Of a stretch of 64,000 nucleotides of DNA, positions 23,503 to 37,304 are shown one piece after another. Numbering within the stretch: position 1 is the first letter of the stretch; each line of letters starts with the position of its first letter. The position numbers were made by a program, and so were the translations under genes. The stretch comes from Geosiphon pyriformis uo1. Lineage: Eukaryota > Fungi > Glomeromycota. The stretch spans positions 434,001 through 498,000 of the forward strand of contig JAAOMT010000710.1 of assembly GCA_016748015.1 (NCBI GenBank), given 5' to 3'. Under the pieces are notes generated by a model. The model had not been told where the DNA came from, did no database searches, and worked only from the letters and a program-made list of their open reading frames with translations.

Positions 23503-26500
23503 TCATTTTCTTCAAAGAGATTGAGCTTTGGCAAAATTAAGTTATTTATGGAGTAATCTATTTAAAGTGTTTTATCTAATTCAAAGCTAACCAAGTCTTT
23601 TGTAGATAAAATGTATAATACTTGAGGCAAAATAAGTTTTGTATTCAAGAGACTAAATCTTTGTATTAGAGTTTTGGCTCTTTTAGTAATAATTAAAACT
23701 CTTGAAACATTTAACTATATAATGTCCAAAATTTCTGTCTGTATCTTTGAAGTTGTTTTCTTCATGAGTTTCATATTTTCTATGATTTTTCCAAAACAAC
23801 TATAAAGTTCTAATTGCCTTTCATATAACAAATTTTTGGCTATAGACAAGATTTCTTAGATTGTTTTTCCAATTGTGCTAGAAGATAAGAGTATAGCTGC
23901 TGTTATACTTTTTAACATATTTATTCATTTTGCTACCAATTTTTTTTCTTCTGATAGTGGTTTTTTTTGGTCTAATAACAATATGTATTCTATTGTTATC
24001 AGTTATAATAATCTGTTTTTCAATGATTAAAGTAACATTTAGATTTTGATTGAATATTCATGGAAAATATAGAAAGCATTTTAAATGTTTTAATCCAGAA
24101 AATAATTACTCATGTTGATTGAAGATACTTTTGTTTTAGAAATGGTGCATTTATTTATACTTAATTTTTGCTGATTATTTAAATTGGTATTGCCACAACA
24201 GACAACCAATCAGATTGTTTATAATATTTTTTGAGTCATGTACCATAAACAAAATGATTATTAAAGATTGTTCCAGATTGATCTTAAAGAATATAAGAAC
24301 CATTGTTTAAAACTCTGTTGACTAAAAAGAGTCTTTTCTACTGGTTAGAAAATTTATTATCATAGACATTGTCTCTGTCTGAATGGTATTTCAATCTAAG
24401 TCACCAATATTTAAGAAAAATGTTTTATAGGTTTTCTTTTTCTTAAGCTTTTCTTGGAACTGTTTTATCTTTTCAAAAGCAATTATTTGTGCTTTTACCA
24501 AGAAGTCAAGAATGATATCAAGTCTTTTTTGCAAAATGTTTTTATAATTTTCTATTGTGATTTCTTCAAAAGATATTGTTTCAATATTAGTTTCTATTGG
24601 TAATATTGCTATGTGTTCATAAAGCAGATAAAAAAGTTTATAATTTGTTATATTATGATTCACAGTTCTATAAACAAACAAAGCTAAAGGCAGTATTTTG
24701 TCTTATAAGTTTGTTTTTTTACTGGTTTTGGTTAGAGTTTTACATAGTATTTTATTGAAATGTTTTACTAGGCCATTTGTTTGGGAGTGGTAAGGGAAGA
24801 AAAGTTTATGATATATTCACATTTTTCTGCAAAGTTTTTTAATTAATATACTGAGAAAAGTTCTTCCTCTATCAGATAAAAATTCTTTGGGGCAGCTATA
24901 ATGGCAAATAATATTTTTATAAATAAAATTGGCTATTGAAACTGCTGTTTAATCTGAAGTGGCTCTTGCTTTTACCCACTTTGTAAGATAATTGGTAGTT
25001 GTAATAATGTATCTGTTTTTATCAGGAGTTATTATTAAAAATCTAACAACATCTATACTAATTCTGTTAAATAGTTGACCAACAGAAATTAGATAAATAT
25101 TTTCTTTGTGATTGGGTTTGCTTCTTTTTTGGCAGATGTTACAGATTTTGATGTATTCAGCAATGTCTTTTTTTAAGGTAGGTCAATAATAGTGAGCTAA
25201 AGTTTTCTAAATTGTTTTTGTTTTTTTAAAGTGTCTAGCTAATAGGTCAGTGTGTATATTGTATATTACAATTTCTTTTTCTTTAAATCTGATAACTCTC
25301 TGAGAGCAGTCAGAATCTTTTTTGTTTCTTTTATATAACTGGTTTTGGCAGATTAAATAGAAATTTGATTGTTTATGCAAATGTTTTTTTTGCTGTTAAA
25401 TGTATTCTGGTGAGTATTATTCTTTACCCAAAAATTTTATTAAGACAGAGTAGTTGTCCAAGTCTATTATTATGTTTGTTAAAAGAGAAGTTACTAATAA
25501 TTAAGTTAGTTTGATTTGGGAAGCTTGTACTATTATTGAATAGTAAGTCTAAAGAAAGCATTGGTGTTTTGATAAATTGCTCTTTTGTGGTATTAAATAT
25601 CATAGTTAAATTCATCTAAATAAAGTATCCAGTAAGTTATTTGTTTATGTTCCAGCTTTTTTTTATTGCACAGCCAAACCAAGGCTTAATAATTTGTTAT
25701 TACTAGAAATTTTACACCAAAAAGATATTGATTCCAGTAATTAATAGCCCAAACTACTGCTAAGTATTCTTGTTTAGTTACTGAATAGTTTTTTTCTGCT
25801 GGTATGAAGGATCTATTGACATATACTATAGCATGTTTTCTGCCATTTTTATTTTTCTGTGAGAAGACAGCACCAAGTCTATAACCAGATACATCAATGT
25901 GCAAGATAAAAATTGGTCCAGGTCAGGTTGTTTAAGATAACAAGTTTTTCTTTCAAAGTTTCAAAAGCTTTTTGTTGATGTGTATTTCAATAATAATTGA
26001 TATTTTTCTGAGTAGCTGGTTAAGAAAAAAGGCAATTTTGGAGAAATTCTTGATAAATTTGTGATAATAAGAAGCCAAACCAAGAAAAAAGCATAGTTCA
26101 GAAATATTTATTGGTTGTCTAATGTTTTAAACTTTTTCAACTTTAACTGAGTTAGGAAAAATTCTATCTTTTATAATAAAATGACCAAAAAACTGGATGG
26201 ATTGGTGTTCAAAAAAAGATTTGATTAAGTTGATCTTAAGATCAGCATTTCTGAGCAGGTTAAAAACTTTTTGTAAGTATTTAAGATATTCATCTTAGGT
26301 TTTTGAGTATATTATTATGTTGTTTAAGTAGACTAGAACAAAATTTTCTTTTATTGATTCAAACACTTTGTTTATTAAGCATTAAAAAATAGAAAAAGCA
26401 TTGATAAAACCAAAAGCATAACTGTAAATTTATAGATGCCATACTTAGTAATGAAAGCAGTTTTTTTTCTGCTTTTCAGATTCATTTTTATTTGTCAAAA

Positions 26501-27444
26501 TTCAGCAGTTAAATCAATAATTGAGAAAAAAGCAGCACTATTGAATTTATCTAGCATTGTATCAATCTTGGGAAATGGATATATATCTCTTATAGTAATG
26601 ATATTTAATTGGCAATAATTAACACAAAAGCATAAGGTTCCACCTTTTTTGGATACCATTATAACTAAAAAAGTCTATTTATTCTTGGTTTCTTATATGA
26701 ATTCAAGATTTTTTATCTGGTTTATCTCTTTTTTGATGAATTTGTTATTGCATTGATTAAATTAATAAGACTTTAAATAAATAGAATGAGTTTCTTTTGT
26801 GGTAATAGTGTGTTGTATCACATGAATTTGTTTATGGATGTTACTTTTTTTTGAAATAACTGGACTATTTTTAGCCAACAGATTTTCAATGTCTATTTTT
26901 CTTTATTCAAGGGAAGGTTTTTTTTGTTCTACAATTAGTGATTGAATTTTAGGTAGTTTATTTTCAAAGGACTTTTGTATTTCTTTTAGTTCTTCTTTGG
27001 ATATCAAACTAATTGGCTTCCAATCTTTGTAATAGATTAGGCAGAACTTATATTTATTACTAAAAAAATACAAAGATTTATTGCACCAGCACCTGGCACA
27101 AGGACCATGCCATCAATAACTATATTTGGCTTTCTTGCCAGGTTTTCTATCAAAAGTTTTTCTAAGAATATTATAATAGAGCCAGCAGATCAGCTTGCTA
27201 TTTATTATAATTCTTTTTTTGTTAGCTTTAATATTATCCAGTGGCTTGTCATTGCTAGTAAAGATGGTATAGACAAGTTCAGCAGTTTTTTCTTGATCTT
27301 TTTGATTTTTTTCTTCATTGTTTTTATTATTATCTGATTCATTTGATTGTTCTTCTTCTTGGTTTTGCTTGAATACTAGAGGAGTTGTCCAATAATGGCA
27401 CTTAATTATAATGGGCTTTTTACCACATCTGATGGTTAGCTCAT

Positions 27445-28416
27445 TGTTACTAGTAAAATTTTAACTATTAATTAGCATAAAATTACCCTCATAATTTTTA
27501 TTATTAATTAGCATATATTATTATTATTTCGATTATCACTTATTATTTAATCAAATTATCAAATATTATTACTTAATCAATAATTCAATTTGTACAATAG
27601 AAATTAAGATGATCAAATTACACAATACTCTAAACCATTTAACATAGTCAAAATTCGCTAAAATTAATGAAAATTGGCTGAAATAATCAATAGTTCAGTA
27701 AAATAACTTGTAGTTTGCCAAAATGTATTCTTAATTTACCCAAATTGTAGCAAAGAAAAAAGTACAAGTTCAAAGACTAGTACTACAACAAGTTGTATAA
27801 AAGAAGAGCTTCTCTCTTCAAGAAAATATATCTTTTCATAGTATTTTAACATAATATCTTACTTTAGATATCTTAATTAGAACAAATCACCTTTTACACA
27901 TTTAAATAAAAATTAAATATTTGAAAACCAAATCCTCTGATTATTACACTTGAAATTCTCTTAACACAAATTAATGTTTTGAAATTGATTAGCTACTAAT
28001 TTCAATAAACTGTTAGTGACTCCAGGCCTGAATAGAAAACGTTTTTCTTAATAAAATTCTATTTTTTTTACAATTCTTTTATTTTTCTTTTCTTTTCTTA
28101 TCATAATTATTAAGATAGTCTACAGATGAGATTCCTATAAAAGAGTTGACTTTTATAGTAAAATAACTACACATTTTTAGTAAGCTTCTAGATAAGCAAT
28201 TTCTGGAAAAAAGTTGACATTTACTACAATATAACTACATAAAGTAACTGGCACAGAATTGGTCATTTTATTTATAAGCCCAGCAGTTCAAATTATAAGA
28301 GATAATTTGAAGATAAATTCAGTTACTGAAGGTCCAACTACTTCCTGAGAACATGAATTCACAGCAAATCAATATTAACAACATTCAAGAAAAGAGACCA
28401 AAAACCTCTGGTAATA
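27445..28416 (+). repeat. 5' LTR of B (972 bp)
   Basis: Ends TGTTAC...GTAATA; direct repeat of 36335-37304; followed by PBS TGGTGCTTTCC at 28419. Confidence 0.93.
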
Positions 28417-28461
28417 TTTGGTGCTTTCCTATAAAAATAACACAGCAATAACAATTTCCAA

Positions 28462-31400
28462 ATGGCGACCACACCAGACACAACAACTCTAAAGTATTAT
28501 CAGTCAATTTACACCCATTGCAAACAGAGATTCAATATTCCAAACAGAATTAAAATTGTCAAGAAGACACTTTACCAGTATATTAAAAACTGTATCAACA
28601 ATTATCTTTTTGGAAATTACAACATTTTAGAAGTTAGAAGCAACCTTTATAATAATTTAGTGCACTATTCACAGTTGGAAATTGAAGACCTTAACAGTAA
28701 AACACTTGCCATCTACTTCCAAGAACTTAATTTTAATATTATCAAGTATTGTGAAGAAACATATCCAGTACAATTTAAATACTCTATTGACTTTAAATCA
28801 GAGACAGAAACAAGCAACAAAGACAAACAAAAACTAAAACAACACTCAAGTACTATCTCAAATACTCCAAAGACATCAAAAACAACTGCCAAACACTTAC
28901 AAACACCTGAACAAAGAACCAGTGTCAAATTACCACTTTTTATTACACCATTTTCAATTTAACTTGCTTGAGCACAAATACCAAATTCACTACTTAACTG
29001 TTTCTCCAAACCAAAAGATTTTCAGTCATCTAGAAATTCTACTCAATAGCAGAAACCAATATCAACCAGCACTAATCTTCTTGATTACTTACAGAAAAAC
29101 AAAAGCAATCATTCAAAGAATCTAGAAAGTGAAAAAACCAAATCAGAACCAGAAGAAACTACAGAAAACAAAAAAGAAATAGCAACTGCTTATATTGCAA
29201 AAATCCCAGAATTTACTAGTGAAGATAATGATACCAGCCCTCAAGAATGGCTTAACAAAGTTCAAAAAGCAGAAGATGCAAATGGTTGAAATACAGCAAG
29301 AATGCTCAAAGCAATTCCATATTTTCTCCAAAGAACTACAGGAAAATGATTTGAAAACTTAGAAGAACTATTTGAAAACTGGCAAGCATTTAAAGATGCT
29401 TTTTTATAACAATTCACCAACAACAACACCTCTATTACTCTTCATAATTGTTTTCACAATATCAAACAAGAAACATCTAAAACTGTCATGACCTATCTTG
29501 GAAGATTCAACAAACTTCTTCGACAAATTCGACAATTAGAAACCAATAAATACTATTTTAATGTCCAGATTTTGGATTAGTTTATAGCAAAATTAAAAGA
29601 CAAGTTAATCAAGAAAGTTTGTCTACATGCCCCAGAAAATTTAGCAATAGCTATTAGACATACAAAGAACTATGAAATAGCAATAGAAAAAACAAACCAT
29701 ATTAAACTTGTGATCTTGCTATTGAAAAAACCAGCTTAGCAGCTGAAGAGAAAATTGACCAACTTACAAAGAAGATTGAAAACTATTTTACCAACCAACA
29801 ACAACAGCAACAATTACAAAAATATCAGCCACCACAGCAACAAAACCAAAACAACTACTCATCATCAAACAGCCAAAACCAAAGTTGCTACTATTGTGGG
29901 ATTCCAGAACATTGGAAACGAGATTGCAAAAAGCTACAAAGAGACCAACAAAACAGGAGTAATCAATATTACCCTTCAATACAGCAATCTTATTATCAGT
30001 CTTTATCACTAGTCTACTATTCCTCGAGATCCCAACAGCAAACCAATTACTATTAACCTGCTCCATAGCAACAATATCAACAATCTCTATCAATTCAACA
30101 GTATTAGCCACCTATGTAACAATATTAAGTACCAGTCCGAAGATTGGTTTAACATAACCAATTCACACTTCAAAATCAATTTAATAATAATAACAACAAA
30201 ATCAACCTAAACAACCAGTTGGTTCCCCAAAATTCTGGTCAGCAGAGACTTAATCACTACCATATTCAACCCAGTTATCTTACAATGCCAAAAAAATAAG
30301 ATTTTCAACAAACTGCACTTTTTAAAAGTAAAGTTGTAGCACCAAGATTAAACTTTTTCAATAATACTATTTCCCCAGCCCAAATTGCTCAAAATGCCAG
30401 TTTTTCAGATATATTCTCATTCGAATTTGAAGCAAATAAATCACCATTCTTGCTTAGCAATGTAGCAGCCAATGAACAAAAAGCAATTACAGCAATATAT
30501 ACTAAAGCTGAAGTTGAAAAAAAATTCATTCAGTTAATTTTAGACAGTAGATCAGCTGGAAGTATTATTATTTACCAATTAATACAACAACTCAATCAAA
30601 GTGTTGACAGATCAGCCCAAACAGTAATTGTACAGCAGATAGTATGAAAAAGACACCAGTAAGAGAAATTGACAACTTCCTATTTACTATTGATGGAATC
30701 ATCATTCCAGTCAAAGTTTTAATCATGGATGTACCACAATACCAAGCTCTTGTCAGAAATGATTGGCTTCTCAAGACCAATGCAAATTTAGATTAGGAAA
30801 CCCAGGAATTGAAGATTTCATACCAAGGACAATACACCAGAGTATCTGTCACTTGTAGTACTTTTAATAAAAGATTTGAAAAAGCCCCAGTATTCAAATT
30901 TGAAGAGGAAAAAAAACTACTAATTACTAAAACCTTTATGGCTCTTGGATCAACATCCAGTTGGGCTGAGGAAACAAAACAAGAAATCTTTAAAGAAACC
31001 AGAAAATAAAATGTAATTAGATATTTCACACCAGAACCATGGAAACAACTACCTTATATCCCACTTAAATGCAAAGATTGCAATAAAAAACTTTCATCAA
31101 TGGGAGCATGTATTTCTCCAGAAGAAAAATATGAAACTTGCACCTGCTACTTTTGCAAAGCATATTATAGAGAATGATTTAAATATCCCAAAAAAAGTGG
31201 AAAATAGGACAACACTTCTTGTTTTATATGTGGAGATATGTTACCAAAAGAATACAACTGGATTGATGTTGCAATGAGAGGAGAAGTATGTGATCAAACC
31301 TGTTAATATGCTTTATCAATTTCGGAAAAAGTCAGAAAAAAAACACTATTTGATGTAGCATACAACAGTGCTCTCAATAAACTTTACCATTACTCTCATA

Positions 31401-34056
31401 ATGCTAAAATGATCTTTGATTTAGCAATAGCTTTAATTAATGAACCCACACAAGAAAATGTTTACCAAATAAAAAAAGCTGAGTATATTGAATACACAAT
31501 GGAATTAGCTAGCTTTAACTATAAAGATAAAGTAGAAACATACTACCAAATTGCAAGTTACACATACTCAACCCAAAAAGCTCAAATTTAATAATTAGAG
31601 CAAATGAACATTCAATTATGTAAAGAATACATCATGCCTTGTGATAACAAATAGTGTTCAAAATACTATGTTCTTAGCATCCTCTTATCCAATAAAAATA
31701 ACCAAGAAGAAATCGAATTTGAAGAACATAAACCAGAAGAAAAAAGTACAACAACCCCAATCTATCTTTACTGAAAACCAGTCTGCTATACAACTCAAAT
31801 ATTTTGACAACAATGGAAAAGAAATAAAACCAGAAAAAGCTCACGAAATTGATGCAGAATATGACCTAAAATATCTTGGCAAAGATACTTTGGTTCTTTA
31901 ACTGAAATCTTTAACCAAAATCAATTTTAGAATTGCTTTTGAGATACTACCAAGAGCAATAGTACAAATTGCTTCCCAATCATTATTAATAAGCAAAGAA
32001 ATCAATGTTAGAGAAGGAGTCATAGATGCAAGATATACTGGAGACATTACTATTATGTTATAGAATAAAACAGACAAATCGTTCAGAATTGAACATGCTA
32101 AAAAAATTGTCCAAGCAATTTATCTACTCTTAATCAACATTTCGGGTTTACAATTAATAAACAACAGAGAACAATTGGGAAAAAATAAAAAAGGAACTCA
32201 AGGTTTTGGTTCAACTAAACGATTTACAATACCAGTAAACATAGCTTTCAATACACAGAATGAATCTCACCAGATTCTTCAACTTCTCCAACCAATTACT
32301 ATTTCACTTTTTAAAAAATTTACACTTGCTTAAAACTTACTACTACTCAATAAATTTTTGAATCCAATAAACAAATCTGTTTAAAGCATGAAATTTTAAT
32401 TCCAAATGTTTATATTTTCAAAAAAATGAAAAAATTTTGAGTTATATTCTATAATCCCAATAATTACCCTATTGTCTTATTAAATAAATTAGAGATTGGA
32501 ATCATACACAGCAATATTTTCCAAAATAAAAACCCTCAAATTGTCTCTAATTTCATTGAAATTATAAGATATACACTATTTTCAAATCTAAATATCATTC
32601 CTACTACTAAAAACTACCATCTTTTGAAAAAAAAACTTTTTCAAATCAACATGGGTCCCTTAAAACCTCAACAACAAAGACAATTAAAACAACTAATAGC
32701 TGAATTCGCTGACATATTTGCAAAAAATAGCAATGATTTTGGAAAAACAAAAATTGTTCAACATCAGATCTACACAAGAGATATTCCACCAAAACATCAA
32801 CAAGCTTATTGAATGCCACTTGCCAGCCACCAATTTATCAGAGAAAAAGCCCAAAAAATGCTTAATAACAGATTGATTCAACCATCAAAAAGTTCTTGGG
32901 CCTCACCAGTAGTTCTTGTTAAAAAAAAAATGGAAAAATCAGATTCTGTATTAATTATAGACAACTGAATAGTGTTACAATTAGAGATGCCTACCCCCTT
33001 CCAAGAATTAATGACATGCTAAATGCTCTAAGAAAAGCCAAGTTCTTCTTAACTTTAGACTTAAAAAGTGGATACTGGCAAGTCGAAATAGACCCAAAAG
33101 ATACACCTAAAATAGCATTTACCACCCAAAAAGAGAACTACGAATTCAATGTTATGCTTTTTAAACTCTGTAATGCACCAGCAACATTCCAGCAACTCAT
33201 GGATGTTGTATATGAAGGATTCTTATGGCAATCAGTAGTTGTCTATCTTGATAACATTAATGTATACTTACCAAGTTTTGAAGCTCATTTTATCCACCTG
33301 TAAGAAGTTTTTTAATGATTATAAAAAACAAAATTAAAGTTAAATATTGAAAAATGTCACTTTAAAAAAACAAGTTTAATCTTTTTTGGATACATTGTCA
33401 GCAAAAATGGAGTCAAACCAAACTCTGAAACAATCAGTGCTGTCAAAAACTTTCAAACTCCCAAAAATACTACAGAGCTATGAGAATTTGTAGAATTAAT
33501 CTCCTACTATCAAAAATTCATAAAAGAATTCTTAAAGATTGCCAAACCACTCAATTATCTTACCAACAAAAATGTGCTATACCAATGGACTGAAGAACAA
33601 CAAAAAGCTTTTGAAATCCTCAAAACAAAATTGACAACAGCCCTAATTCTTGCTTACTCAGACTTTAACAAATAATTTCAACTAGCCATTGATGCTTCAC
33701 ATATAGCATTTGGTGCCATCCTATTACAATTAGATGAAAATGGCCAGAAACAAATTATTGCCTATGCTAGTAGAACACTTAAACCAACAGAACTCAAATA
33801 TGGTTCAACTGAATTAAAAACCACTGCAGTTATTTGGACTCTTAAACATTTTCAACAATATCTGAAAAATGAAAAAGACTTTGACATCATAACTGACAAT
33901 ATTGGTCTCAAATGGCTCAATAAAAAGAAAATTAAACAAAATGTCAAACAGTTTCAATGGAATAATTTCCTAGTAGACTACAAATATATTGTGCACTACA
34001 AACCAGAAAAACTATACACTAATGTTAATAGTCTCTCAAGAATGAGGCAAGATTAA
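28462..34056 (+). pseudogene. B gag-pol: gag, protease, Cys-rich insert, dUTPase, RT, RNase H; many stops
   Basis: SPQEWLNKV capsid-like segment, CYYCGIPEHWKRDC, LILDSRSAGSII, LDLKSGYWQV, VYLDNI, AIDASHIAFGAIL, NVNSLSR. Confidence 0.9.
31791..32216 (+). pseudogene. dUTPase domain within B pol
   Basis: Decayed forms of all five motifs: DAEYDL, IASQSLL, GVIDARYTGDI, KIVQAI, KGTQGFGST. Confidence 0.88.
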
Positions 34057-34113
34057 AACCAACAACAATTTTACCACTATTTACCAACATACCAACAAAA
34101 TAACCAAACAACA

Positions 34114-35497
34114 ATGGATTTCAGAAATTACAACAACATCAAAAACTATTTAGAGACTCTCACCATGCCTAAAAATTGGCCTTCAAGTGAAAAACATCGA
34201 TTACAACACCAATTCAAACAATATTTCATACACCACAACAAAATCTATTACAAAAATCACAGAAATTCAAACCAATTACTCAGATTAGTACAAGAGAACA
34301 AAAAAAAACAATTCTATACAATATGTACACAGATTCTTCTTCAGCACATTTAGAAAGAGATGGAACAATTCAAAGAACTCTTGAACATTATTTTTGGCTT
34401 CACATACAAAAAAACATTTGACAATATGTAGAATCTTGTGATAGTTGTCAAAGAAGAGAAGAAACCCACCTCACAGAATCTTTAAATCCAATCAAAGTTG
34501 GACAACCTTTTAACAAAGTTGGAATTAATTTAGTTGGATCATTACCTATCACAACCCAAGAAAATTGTTATATTGTAGTTGCAGTAGATTATTTTACCAA
34601 ATGGTCTGAAGCTAGAGCTATTCAAAGAACAGATGCAAAATCAGTAGCAAATTTTATCTATAAAGACATTATTTGTAGACATAGATGCCCAATTGAACTT
34701 TTATCTGATCAAGAAACACATTTTGTAAACAACTTGATACAAGAAATTTGTGAACAATTCAATATTATAAGATCTCTATTATCATCTTATTACCCCCAAA
34801 CAAATAGACTTGTAGAACGTTTTAATAAAACATTGTGTGAATCTTTAGCCAAAATCTCAACAAATTTTAAGCAGGAATGAGATATCTTTATTCTATTAGT
34901 GTTACTAGCATACAGAACACTAAAACAAGATACTATAAAGCATACACCATTTAATCTTACTTATGGAAGGACAACAACACTACCAATTAATTTTACAGTA
35001 GAAACATACTCAGTACAACCAATCAATAAAGAAAATTTTCAAGAAACACTTCAAAGAAAAGCCTACACTCTTTTTAGTATACTGGAAAAAAAAAGATAGA
35101 TAGCAGCAAGTCATATTGAATACTCTCAAGCTCAACAAAAAGAAAGGCATAACAACAAACTATTACCAGTCACCAATGAATTTAAAGTTGGAAATAAAGT
35201 TCTCTTATACAGAACTAAGACTGAAAAACAATGAAGTGAAAAATTTGAACATAAATAGGATAGACCATTTTATATTCACGAAATTCTAAGCAATAGATCA
35301 TACAAATTAAGACTTAATAACAAAGTACTGGCAAAAGTTGCACATAAAGATAGATTGAAACACTATCATTCCAAAAACAATTTTGAACTATTAATTTCAC
35401 AAATTAGTACACATTCCTCTTTAATTAATCCTAAAGATATTCCCTAAAATTTAGAACCAATAGTTATAATAAAACAACAACCAAACTTGAACAATTA
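34114..35497 (+). pseudogene. B integrase
   Basis: ATG at 34114; CDSCQRR, VGINLVGSLP, YYPQTNRLVERFNKTL, decayed WDGPF motif. Confidence 0.88.
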
Positions 35498-35646
35498 ATT
35501 TAACATTTTTACAAAAATTTTTTTACACAAAACATAAAACAAAAATAGTAAAAAAACATTCAAACCCAAAAACAAATAAAAATTTTATATCCAAAAATAA
35601 TTTTCTTTATTCTTTTTAAATTTTTTTATTAATTAGTTATTTTATC

Positions 35647-36354
35647 ATAATTATTCCTTGAAATATTCAACAAATATCTCAAAAATTAATGTTAGTCTTA
35701 AAAACACTTCCTGACTTATCTATAATAATTAATAGAAGTCAAATTAATTACATTCAGAAAGAAACTACAGCCCCAATAGTAAATAATTCTCAAAATTATC
35801 ATCTTTATAGAAGAAAAACAAGAAATTATTCTGGAATTTAATTACCAGAACTTTTGAAGCAAGCACTAAAAAAAAATCTTTTATTTGCTCCTATTAACAT
35901 TCCACCAAATACCACAATTCAACAAAAACTTCTAGTATTTCTTAATAAACAAAACAATGAACATACTCTTATCTATAAATATTTTTATATTGGAAAAACA
36001 CTTCATGAACGAAAACTAGAACTTAAAGCAACACACATCATTCCTAAAGCTATTTAAAAACAAATTCACAATGAATTCAAGACAGCAGCTAGACCAACAA
36101 ACACTTGCTACAAACTTAGAGTAGTATTTAGACTCTATAATTTATTCAATACTTGTGAAAACGTCCTACAAAATCCAATACTTCAGCCAATAAAAATTCA
36201 ATATATTGGAAAGCTCACAGAACTGAAATTTCAACAATTTTCAGACCAAATTACTTTAATTATATTGGATTATTATTTTGATATTACAAATAGTGCTTGG
36301 ACTTCAACAGAGCTCAGTCTTGAGGAGAAAATTATGTTATCAGTAAAATTTTAA
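35647..36354 (+). pseudogene. B ORF-X, uncharacterised post-integrase ORF of about 235 codons reading through the PPT into the 3' LTR
   Basis: Single frame with three stops, each explicable as C to T; start position inferred from a decayed ATG. Confidence 0.62.
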
Positions 36355-37304
36355 CTATTAATTAGCATGAAATTACCCTCATAATTTTTATTATTAATTA
36401 GCATATATTATTATCATTTTGATTATCACTTATTATTTAATCAAATTATCAAATATCATTACTTAATCAATAATTCAATTTGTACAATAGAAATTAAAAT
36501 GATCAAATTACACAATACCCTAAACCATTTAACATAGTCAAAATTCGCTGAAATTAATGAAAATTGGCCGAAATAATCAATAGTTCAGTAAAATAACTTG
36601 TAGTTTGCTAAAATATATTCTTAGTTTACCCAAATTGTAGCAAAGAAAAAAGTGCAAGTTTAAAGACTAATACTATAACAAGTTGTATAAAAGAAGAGCT
36701 TTTCTTTTCAAAAAAATGTATTTTTTCATAGTATCTTAACATAGTATCTCACTTTAGATATCTTAATTAGAACAAATTACTTTTTACACATTCAAATAAA
36801 AATTAAATATTCAAAAACCAAATTCTCTGATTATTACACTTAAAATTCTCTCAACACAAATTAACGTTTTGAAATTGATTAGCTACCAATTTCAATAAAC
36901 TGTTAGTGACTCCAGGCCTGAATAGAAAACGTTTCCCTTAATAAAATTCTATTTCTTTTACAATTCTTTTATTTTTATTTTTATTTTATCATAATTATTA
37001 GGGTAGCCTACAGACAAGATTTTTGTAGAAAAGTTGACTTTTACAGTAAAATAACTACACATTTTTAGTAAGCTTCCAGACGAGCAATTCCTGAGAAAAA
37101 GTTGATATTTACTACAATGTAACTACATAAAATAACTGGCATAGAATTGGTTATTTCACTTATAAGTCCAACAGTTCAAATTAGAAAAGATAATTTGAAA
37201 ATAAATTCAGTTACTGGAGGTCCAACTACTTCTTAAAAATGTAAATTCACAGCAAATCAACATTAACAACATTCAAGAAAAAAGACCAAAAACTTGTTGT
37301 AATA
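36335..37304 (+). repeat. 3' LTR of B (970 bp)
   Basis: Direct repeat of 27445-28416, preceded by the purine tract GAGGAGAAAA. Confidence 0.93.

Larger units (their letters stand above)
27445..37304 (+). mobile_element. Ty3/Gypsy family B element with dUTPase, nested at the end of the A2 protease region
   Basis: LTRs of about 970 bp; TSD TCAT/TCAC (27441-27444, 37305-37308); excision restores the sequence seen uninterrupted in A1. Confidence 0.94.
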
